From positions 1,888,001 to 1,952,000 of the forward strand of contig CAXXDV010000001.1 in the NCBI GenBank assembly GCA_963674745.2: 64,000 bases of DNA, in the 5' to 3' direction. Below the pieces are notes generated by a model. That model did no database searches, was not told the DNA's origin, and saw only the letters and a program-made list of their open reading frames with translations. The number at the start of each line of letters is the position of its first letter. Position 1 is the first letter of the stretch. Position numbers and translations under genes: made by a program. This DNA comes from Desulfosudaceae bacterium (GTDB lineage Bacteria > Desulfobacterota > Desulfobacteria > Desulfobacterales > Desulfosudaceae). Positions 52,847 through 64,000 of the stretch are shown here, one piece after another.

Positions 52847-55561
52847 ATGCAGCCATTATCCGGGCAATTATGGCACAGCCTTGCAACAGACGAAATTCTT
52901 TCAGCCCTTGAATCTCATGAATCCAAGGGCCTGGCCGAACAGGCGGCTGCTGAACGCGCGGCGCAGTTCGGCCCGAACGAGTTGACCCAGGCCAAAGGGC
53001 AGGGGCCGCTCGTCCGGTTTCTGCTGCAGTTCAAGCAACCCCTGGTGATCATCCTGATGGTAGCCGCCCTGGTTACCCTGCTGCTGGCAGAATATGTCGA
53101 CGCGATCGTGATCTTTGCCGTTGTCCTGGTTAATGCGGTTATCGGTTTTGTTCAGGAGGCCAAGGCCATGAAGGCCATCGAAGCCCTTTCCCATGCCATG
53201 ACCAGCGAAGCCACCGTGGTCCGCGATGGAGAAAAAAAACGGATTGCATCTGGCGGTCTGGTGCCCGGCGATCTGGTCCTGCTTCAATCCGGGGACAAGG
53301 TGCCGGCGGACATGCGGCTGGTTCATTCCCGGGAACTTCAGATCGATGAGAGCGCATTGACCGGCGAAAGTGTGCCGGTTCAGAAAGAGGAGACGGTACT
53401 GGACGCGGACATGGTCATCGGTGACCGGCGGAATATGGCCTATTCTTCGACCCTGGTCACCTACGGCAGCGGCCGGGGCATTGTGGTGGCCACGGGCGAT
53501 GACACCGAGATCGGCCGCATCAACCAGCTTATCGCAGGGGCCGATGTGCTGGAAACCCCCCTGACCCGGAAGATCCACCAGTTCTCAAACATTCTGCTTT
53601 ATGCCATTCTGGCCATGGCGGTGCTGACTTTTGTGATCGGTATGCTGCGCGGCCAGGACCTGGTAGAAATATTCATGGCCTCGGTGGCCCTGGCGGTCGG
53701 CGCCATTCCCGAGGGGCTGCCGGCGGCGATTACCATCACCCTGGCCATCGGCGTGTCCCGTATGGCCCGACGAAATGCGATTATCCGCAAGCTTCCGGCC
53801 GTTGAAACCCTGGGCTCTACCATGGTCATCTGTTCGGACAAAACCGGTACCCTGACCCAGAACCAGATGACGGTCCAGGATATTGTGGCCGGCGGGCCGC
53901 GTTACGCCGTTTCCGGTATCGGGTATGCCGCCGAAGGGGCTGTTGCGCCCGTTGACGGCGCGGTTGAGCCCTCGGCCAACCGTGCTTTAGAAGCGCTTTT
54001 AAAGGCCGGCCTGTTGTGCAACGATTCCAGTTTAAAGAAAAGCGACGGCGGCTGGCGGGTGGAAGGGGACCCCACCGAGGGCGCCCTGATCGTATCTGCC
54101 GTAAAAGCCGGTTACGATCCCCGGTTGCTGGAAAAGGAGATGCCCCGGCTGGATACCATTCCCTTCGAGTCGGCCCGGCAGTATATGGCCACGCTCCACG
54201 ATCAGGGTGAAGGTAAACCCCGGCTGCTTTATGTCAAGGGATCCATTGAAAGTATATGTGTGGAGTGCGCCACCATTTTAGGGCCGGACGGTGAGCCGGA
54301 TGTGCCCGGGCCGAATGCCATTACCGACTGGGTTGAGTCCATGGCCGACAAGGGCCTGCGGGTGCTGGCTTTCGCGCAGAAAGAGATGCCCCCCGGCACC
54401 ACCGGCATTACCCATGCCGACGTGGAAGATGGCATCCATTTTATAGGTCTTCAGGGCATGATCGATCCGCCGCGGCCCGAAGCCATTGAGGCGGTGGCGG
54501 CCTGTCAGGCGGCCGGTATCCGGGTCAAAATGATCACCGGTGACCATGCCGGCACGGCCGGGGCCATTGCCCGCCAGATGGGGTTGTGCGGCGAGACCTG
54601 TTCCTATCACACCCGGGAGGTACTGACCGGTCGTGATTTTGCCGAGATGGACGAAGCGCAATTGATTGAGACGGCGGACAGCACGGCCGTTTTCGCCCGG
54701 GTGTCACCGGAGCAGAAACTGCGGCTGGTCGAGGCCTTGCAGAAACGGGACTATGTGGTGGCCATGACCGGGGACGGCGTCAACGACGCCCCGGCCCTGC
54801 GACAGGCCGATATCGGTGTGGCCATGGGGCTGACCGGTACCGAGGTGTCCAAGGAGTCGGCCGACATGATTCTGACCGACGATAATTTTGCCACCATTAA
54901 GGCCGCCGTGGAAGAAGGCCGGGGTGTTTTCGACAACCTGATCAAATTTATTACATGGACCCTGCCCACCAACGGTGGAGAAGGCCTGGTCATTCTGACC
55001 GCGATTTTGCTGGGCACCCGCTTGCCCATACTGCCCCTGCAAATTTTGTGGATCAATATGACCACGGCCCTGCTGCTGGGTCTGATGCTGGCTTTTGAAC
55101 CAAAAGAGGCGGGGATCATGCAGCGATCACCACGGGATCCGTCCATGCCGATCCTGACGGCGCCTTTGATCACGCGGATTGTGATGGTCAGCCTGCTGCT
55201 GGTGATCGGGGCTTTCGGCCTGTTCAAGCTCGAATTGCTGCTGATGGGCGATAACGAGGCCCTGGCCCGGACCCTGGCCGTTAACGTGTTTGTGTTCGGG
55301 GAAATGTTTTACCTGTTTAACTGCCGCTCCATGACCCTTCCGGTCTGGTCCCTGGGACTGTTCAGCAATCCGTTGCTCTGGGCCGGTGTGGCCGTCATGA
55401 CCCTGCTGCAGTTGCTTTATACCTACCTGCCGGTGTTCAACACCGTCTTCCAGAGCGCGCCCATGGGGCTTAAAGAATGGGGCATGGTCCTGACCAGCAG
55501 CCTGACCATCTTTGTGGTGGTGGAAATTGAAAAACGGATCAGCCGCAGGCGGTTGTGTTGA
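52847..55561 (+). CDS. Cation-transporting P-type ATPase (type IIA-like)
   Basis: LTGES, PEGL, DKTGTLT, TGDGVNDAPAL. Confidence 0.95.
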   Translation: MQPLSGQLWHSLATDEILSALESHESKGLAEQAAAERAAQFGPNELTQAKGQGPLVRFLLQFKQPLVIILMVAALVTLLLAEYVDAIVIFAVVLVNAVIGFVQEAKAMKAIEALSHAMTSEATVVRDGEKKRIASGGLVPGDLVLLQSGDKVPADMRLVHSRELQIDESALTGESVPVQKEETVLDADMVIGDRRNMAYSSTLVTYGSGRGIVVATGDDTEIGRINQLIAGADVLETPLTRKIHQFSNILLYAILAMAVLTFVIGMLRGQDLVEIFMASVALAVGAIPEGLPAAITITLAIGVSRMARRNAIIRKLPAVETLGSTMVICSDKTGTLTQNQMTVQDIVAGGPRYAVSGIGYAAEGAVAPVDGAVEPSANRALEALLKAGLLCNDSSLKKSDGGWRVEGDPTEGALIVSAVKAGYDPRLLEKEMPRLDTIPFESARQYMATLHDQGEGKPRLLYVKGSIESICVECATILGPDGEPDVPGPNAITDWVESMADKGLRVLAFAQKEMPPGTTGITHADVEDGIHFIGLQGMIDPPRPEAIEAVAACQAAGIRVKMITGDHAGTAGAIARQMGLCGETCSYHTREVLTGRDFAEMDEAQLIETADSTAVFARVSPEQKLRLVEALQKRDYVVAMTGDGVNDAPALRQADIGVAMGLTGTEVSKESADMILTDDNFATIKAAVEEGRGVFDNLIKFITWTLPTNGGEGLVILTAILLGTRLPILPLQILWINMTTALLLGLMLAFEPKEAGIMQRSPRDPSMPILTAPLITRIVMVSLLLVIGAFGLFKLELLLMGDNEALARTLAVNVFVFGEMFYLFNCRSMTLPVWSLGLFSNPLLWAGVAVMTLLQLLYTYLPVFNTVFQSAPMGLKEWGMVLTSSLTIFVVVEIEKRISRRRLC

Positions 55562-55655
55562 ATAATGGTGCCGGGCCTATTTCTTCCTTAATTATGTTTT
55601 TAATTCATTTAAAAGCTGATGGACAACGTAATTGATAAAAACTCGGTAACAAGAA

Positions 55656-56357
55656 ATGAAGATTGATGTTTATTGTGATGAGGCCTATCCCGACCTGCTT
55701 TCCTCAGAAAAGCCCCAGGCCAGATTTATGCTTATCGGCAGCCTTTGGCTTCAGCAGGACAACCGAGAAACGTATAAGAATGCCATTCACGATTTAAGGG
55801 ACCAGTATCTAATTGGGGGAGAGTTCAAGTGGCGGAAGGTGTCTCCTTCAAAACTGAAATTCTATGAAGCCCTTATCGCATGGTTTTGTAACCAGAAAAA
55901 AGACCTGCGGTTTAGGTGTATTGCAATAGATTATTCCCAGATTGACCTGATGACCTTTCATGACAATGATCAGGAGCTTGGTTTTTATAAATTTTATTAT
56001 CAGATGCTTCATCATTGGGTTCATGATTTTAATGAATATAACCTGTTTTGTGATTTTAAGCGCAACAGGAAACGAGACAGGCTCCATGTGCTAAAACGCT
56101 GTCTTAAATACGCTAACCTTTCATCAACCATCCAGACGGTTCAGGCGGTCAGATCAAAAGAATCGATTTTAATACAACTGACGGATGTACTACTGGGTAT
56201 TGCCTCAGCCCGGTTAAACCAAGGCACCAATACCAGTCCGGCCAAGTTGATGCTGGTTGAGCATTTAGAAACACAGTTAGGGCGAAAGATTACGTCCACC
56301 TCGCTTGATGAAAAAAAGTTCAATGTTTTTAAGATGAACCTGAAGGGGGGCTGGTAA
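55656..56357 (+). CDS. DUF3800 domain protein
   Basis: N-terminal YCDEA, EFKW, C-terminal IQLTD (QxxD) signature; AT-rich relative to flanks. Confidence 0.8.
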   Translation: MKIDVYCDEAYPDLLSSEKPQARFMLIGSLWLQQDNRETYKNAIHDLRDQYLIGGEFKWRKVSPSKLKFYEALIAWFCNQKKDLRFRCIAIDYSQIDLMTFHDNDQELGFYKFYYQMLHHWVHDFNEYNLFCDFKRNRKRDRLHVLKRCLKYANLSSTIQTVQAVRSKESILIQLTDVLLGIASARLNQGTNTSPAKLMLVEHLETQLGRKITSTSLDEKKFNVFKMNLKGGW

Positions 56358-56792
56358 ATGCCTTACCCCCCGCTGGTGACCTATAATACGGAACAGGAAT
56401 ACCGACTTCATTTTGAAAAAAAATATTGCAAAGGGCCTGTCATTACTTTTGATGAAATTTTTGTACGTTTTAAAAAGCAGGATTTTGATCATGCCTTTTT
56501 TGAATCTGTTGGCAAAAAAGATGACACCTTCTCGCATACACGCGCCAAAAGGATTGATTGGATAAAAGCCGCTTTGGAAGACCCGGCCAGTGAGTTGTAT
56601 GTCGGCTGGAACAATAAGAAAAAAAGACATGACCGCGGCAGACGGGTTGCCGTGGTCATGTCAAACTATGTGGTTGTCATCAGTATCAGTAAAAAGTTCA
56701 AAGGCAGGTTTATTACGGCTTTTCTGGCTGACTCCGGCCGGACATTGCGGATGATTCGCGGCAACCCTAAATGGATAAAAAAAAACCGCTGA
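56358..56792 (+). CDS. Small basic protein, putative BECR/PBECR-type RNase
   Basis: FDHAF..RAKRIDWIKAALEDP...YVVVI...FITAF; start directly follows the DUF3800 stop. Confidence 0.5.
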   Translation: MPYPPLVTYNTEQEYRLHFEKKYCKGPVITFDEIFVRFKKQDFDHAFFESVGKKDDTFSHTRAKRIDWIKAALEDPASELYVGWNNKKKRHDRGRRVAVVMSNYVVVISISKKFKGRFITAFLADSGRTLRMIRGNPKWIKKNR

Positions 56793-56851
56793 TTCGCCAG
56801 GCTGGCTCAGCGGAGGCCTTTATAGATTCTGCTGCCACTGGCAGAGAATAA
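56777..56851 (-). ncRNA. Predicted ~75-nt antisense small RNA with two hairpins
   Basis: Bounded by a consensus promoter and an intrinsic terminator (CCGCTGA/TCAGCGG stem plus U9). Confidence 0.6.
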
Positions 56852-56857
56852 TAATTA

Positions 56858-56885
56858 ATTATATGTTCTTTGGCTGGTATGTCAA
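56858..56885 (-). promoter_or_regulatory. Consensus sigma70 promoter TTGACA-N16-TATAAT
   Basis: Plus strand ATTATA 56858-63 and TGTCAA 56880-85. Confidence 0.7.
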
Positions 56886-57194
56886 TATTTAATTTTATCT
56901 TATTTTGGGCACCGGATAATAGAGCGGTTACAATTCGGGAAAAAATACCGGCATATGTAAAAGACAGGGCCGTCTACCCTGAAACCAACTCACAAGAGAT
57001 CCTTGTCGGTTCGATGGGGAAAAATCAGGACTCAGTTGTAAAGAAAATCTTTACAACTGCCTAAAGGCAATTCCGAACGAAAAAACAAACAGCTTAAGAA
57101 ATTAGGCAGTTTGAATTTTTTAAAACACTGTCCGATGGGGTTGCCAAGGAATTTCTAATGGTTAGGTTCCCTAACCACAGAATCACATAATCAA

Positions 57195-58052
57195 TTAATC
57201 ACCAAGTCTTTGTCGTATCCAGTCGGCCACGGTTTCAAGGACGACTTCCCGGTCCTGGGGCAGTTCGTTCATGGTTTCATGATAGAGGCCGCCGAACAGC
57301 TTTAAGGTTTTGTCGGCGCCTTTCACTTTTTCAAAGAATCGGCGGCTGCCTTCGGGCGAGACCATTTTGTCTTCGGTTCCCTGTGTCACCAGCAGCGGCA
57401 GGGTCAGTTCACCTGCCCGGGCCAGGCATGCTTCGGCCGTCTCCTGAAACGATACGAACCAGCGCGTGGATACCCGGTCGTGGACCAGGGGGTCGTCCTG
57501 GTAGGCACGGACGGTCTGGGGATCGTGGGACAGGTCATCGGCATCCAGTTTGTTGCTCTGGGTCAGGCGGGGCAGGATGCGGGAAACGATCCTGGCGGCG
57601 GCGGCCTGAATGGCTGGTACCGGGACGCCCGGCACAAAAGCCGGGGCGGACAGGACCAGGGCGGAAATTTCCTGCTGGTGGGTCAGGGCGAACAGGGCGG
57701 CGATCAGGCCGCCCATGCTGTGACCCAGGCAGATCAGGGGCAGACCGGGTGCTTCCTTTTTGACGATCTCGTCAAGGTATTGCTTGATGTCGGCCACGTA
57801 GTCGGCAAAGTCGTTGACATGGCCCCGGGTGCCGCCGGACCGGCCGTGGCCCTGATGGTCAAGGGAAAAAAAGCTGATCCGGTCGTCGGCCATGGCTTCG
57901 AGCAGGTGGCCGTAACGGCCCGAATGTTCACCCAGGCCGTGGGCGATGATCATTGCCGCGCGGGGGTCGTCCACCGTCCAGCGCTGATGGAAAATGTCAA
58001 GGCCGTCTTTGTTGGTGAAGGTGCCGGTGGTGTGGTTGCAGGCAGGCATCAT
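57195..58052 (-). CDS. Lysophospholipase/monoglyceride lipase-family alpha/beta hydrolase
   Basis: HGLGEHSGRY, GHSMGG, HETMNE. Confidence 0.9.
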   Translation of the reverse strand: MMPACNHTTGTFTNKDGLDIFHQRWTVDDPRAAMIIAHGLGEHSGRYGHLLEAMADDRISFFSLDHQGHGRSGGTRGHVNDFADYVADIKQYLDEIVKKEAPGLPLICLGHSMGGLIAALFALTHQQEISALVLSAPAFVPGVPVPAIQAAAARIVSRILPRLTQSNKLDADDLSHDPQTVRAYQDDPLVHDRVSTRWFVSFQETAEACLARAGELTLPLLVTQGTEDKMVSPEGSRRFFEKVKGADKTLKLFGGLYHETMNELPQDREVVLETVADWIRQRLGD

Positions 58053-58102
58053 TGACCCCCTCTATAAATTTTAAAATGTTTTTACTCAATATGTCGACGA
58101 AC

Positions 58103-58189
58103 AGGGTTCAAGGATTCAAGGGGCCAAGGGGTCAAGTAAACTACAATAACAAGCCCTTGAACCCTCGACACCTTGAATCCTTGAACCCT
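58103..58189. repeat. Inverted pair of 8-bp tandem repeat arrays (AGGGTTCA-like)
   Basis: AGGGTTCA AGGATTCA AGGGGCCA AGGGGTCA, then the complementary array at 58154-58189. Confidence 0.8.
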
Positions 58190-58237
58190 GCATACCCACC
58201 AGATTGGAGGAGATCCATATTATTGTGTTGGAACAAT

Positions 58238-59545
58238 TTATGAAATGTCATTGACCCCTTTTAATATGGTATCGAACAGCAGCTCCACGTCTTTTTCCCT
58301 GATGCAGGAAAAGGCCACCCGCAGGTCATGGTCGCCGATGGAAATCAGTCCCACGCCGTATTTGTTTAGCAGGTGAACCCGCAGTTTTTCGGCATTGACG
58401 TTTTTTAAACGGATGCACATGAAATACCCGGAGTTAAAGGGATAAACATCCCAGGCGCCGGCGTATTTGGGATCGTAAACCACTTCCTTTACACGGGTCG
58501 CCCGTCGCTTCAATATGTCGAACTTTTCTTTTTTCTCCGCCTGATAGGCATCGCTTTGCAGGGATTTTAAGGTGATGGTCTGGCTCAGGTGGGAGGCGTT
58601 GGAGATATTGCCCCGGATACAGCCGGCGGTTTTTTTCTCCAGGGCGTCGAAAATGCCGGCCAGGTCCTTTTCAGCCGCACATCCGTAGGTAATGAAGCCC
58701 ACCCGCAGGCCCCAGACATAGTTCTCCTTGGTGGCCCCGTCCAGCTTGATCGGCAGCAGCCGGGGATGGCGGCCGCAGATTTTAGCAAACAGGGATTCTT
58801 TCATGACCTCATCTTCGTAAAAAAGGCCGAAATAAGCGTCATCACACACGGCGATGACGTTGGCGCCGTTTTCGGCAATGCCGGTCAGGATGTCGGCCAG
58901 GGCCTGGCCCTCTTTTTCCGTGGCGCTGTAGCCGGTGGGGTTCTGGGGGAAATTCAACAGCACGATCAGCTTGCCGTTCTGTTGGGCCAGTTCTTTGGCT
59001 TTGGCCTCAAATCCTTCCAGGTTGAAGCCGCCCTGGTCATTGAACAGGGGGAAATGGGCAATGTTGACCCCTTTGCGAACCGACAGGATCATGTTGTAAT
59101 TGCCCCACATCATATCCGGCAGCAGGACCGTGTCACCGGGATCGGTCCAGACATCGGCGAAAATGCTGATGGCGTGGGTGATGCCGCAGGTGACCACCGG
59201 CAGGCTGATCTCCTTGTCCGCCAGGCCCGGGTTTTTGACGCGTAATTCCGCCTGCCACTTTTTTCTTAAACCCGGGATGCCGAACGAGGGGGCATAGGTC
59301 AGGGACTCGGAGGCTTCCAGACCTTCGATCAGGCCCATGACCGAAGGAAAATGCATGATTTCGTCCCCTTCCTTGGCAATGCCGATGGTGGCATTGATGG
59401 TGTGGGCCTTTTCTTTGGCTTCCGCGCTCTGGCTTAAAATACCTTTGGGAAAAAACAGTTTGCGGCCGATATCAGACAGCATTTCAAACAGGTATGGGTT
59501 GCCGGCCTCAATGACGGCGTTGAGTTCTTTGGCGATCGGGTTCAT
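58238..59545 (-). CDS. Class I/II PLP-dependent aminotransferase
   Basis: NFPQNPTG, DDAY, GATKENYVWGLRVGF. Confidence 0.9.
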   Translation of the reverse strand: MNPIAKELNAVIEAGNPYLFEMLSDIGRKLFFPKGILSQSAEAKEKAHTINATIGIAKEGDEIMHFPSVMGLIEGLEASESLTYAPSFGIPGLRKKWQAELRVKNPGLADKEISLPVVTCGITHAISIFADVWTDPGDTVLLPDMMWGNYNMILSVRKGVNIAHFPLFNDQGGFNLEGFEAKAKELAQQNGKLIVLLNFPQNPTGYSATEKEGQALADILTGIAENGANVIAVCDDAYFGLFYEDEVMKESLFAKICGRHPRLLPIKLDGATKENYVWGLRVGFITYGCAAEKDLAGIFDALEKKTAGCIRGNISNASHLSQTITLKSLQSDAYQAEKKEKFDILKRRATRVKEVVYDPKYAGAWDVYPFNSGYFMCIRLKNVNAEKLRVHLLNKYGVGLISIGDHDLRVAFSCIREKDVELLFDTILKGVNDIS

Positions 59546-59697
59546 CGTAAATCCTTTCTGCTATATTAAATTTTATCAATCGGAAAATCGGTAGAGGATT
59601 TCTACAAGACGGTTGTTTCCGGCATTTTGATAAAATACAGACTGTTGATTAAAAATCAAAGCATTTTTTGCCGAAAATTTAAAAAAGGCCCTTTCCA

Positions 59698-59742
59698 CCC
59701 CTCGAACCCTTGACCCCTTGACCCCTTGAATCCTCGAACCCT
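59698..59742. repeat. Octamer tandem array of the same family as 58103-58189
   Basis: CCCTCGAA CCCTTGAC CCCTTGAC CCCTTGAA TCCTCGAA CCCT. Confidence 0.8.
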
Positions 59743-60022
59743 TTCGGCGTTGGGTGTCGAGAAAGATCAACCACCTGAAACGGCATTTGCCATGAAGTTT
59801 TTATTTTTTCCACAAAGAAAATGTTTGCACCAAATTTCAATATCATGATATTTTATTTGGCCAGCCTGGATCATCGAATTTCATCATCCCCGATGTTACG
59901 CAACAACGGCGTTACGCAACAATGGCTGATAAGAAACGGCGCTTCTGTGCCCTGCCTTCAGGGGAAGGATGTGGCCATACGGTTGATCCGGATAATATTA
60001 ATAATATGGAGCAGTTATACAT

Positions 60023-64000
<3,978 letters not shown>

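Overview
Chromosomal window, most likely from a Desulfobacterales-like deltaproteobacterium (inferred from gene content, not tested). The left ~37 kb looks like the right-hand part of a genomic island, ending at a tRNA-Arg(CCT) 3'-half repeat at 37355-37401. Its cargo is dominated by phosphate-starvation functions. It carries a TonB-dependent receptor divergent from an alkaline phosphatase, a purple acid phosphatase, DedA/TVP38 proteins and amphi-Trp/XXXCH genes. It also has a cluster of two PHP-glycosyltransferase fusions with a radical SAM enzyme, a sulfotransferase and a deacetylase, plus an internally duplicated acidic surface protein with a full TonB/ExbBD/TPR/receptor operon and an arsC gene broken by one stop codon. 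Several promoters in this region carry 11-bp-phased TAACA-like (Pho-box-like) half-sites. A second tRNA 3'-half repeat at 39997-40043 delimits a 2.6-kb integrase-less islet encoding an AAA/DUF4143 ATPase and a Rho ATPase that lacks the RNA-binding domain. The right part is mostly core genome: a divergent ClpX-like ATPase, clpB, smpB, ptsI/ptsH, eno, pyrG, a P-type ATPase, an aminotransferase, carA and partial carB. It is interrupted by an AT-rich DUF3800 + putative RNase gene pair whose 3' end is overlapped by a predicted ~75-nt antisense RNA with a consensus sigma70 promoter and its own terminator. That module is the best candidate for an uncharacterised toxin/defence system. All assignments come from motif recognition by eye; no searches were run.
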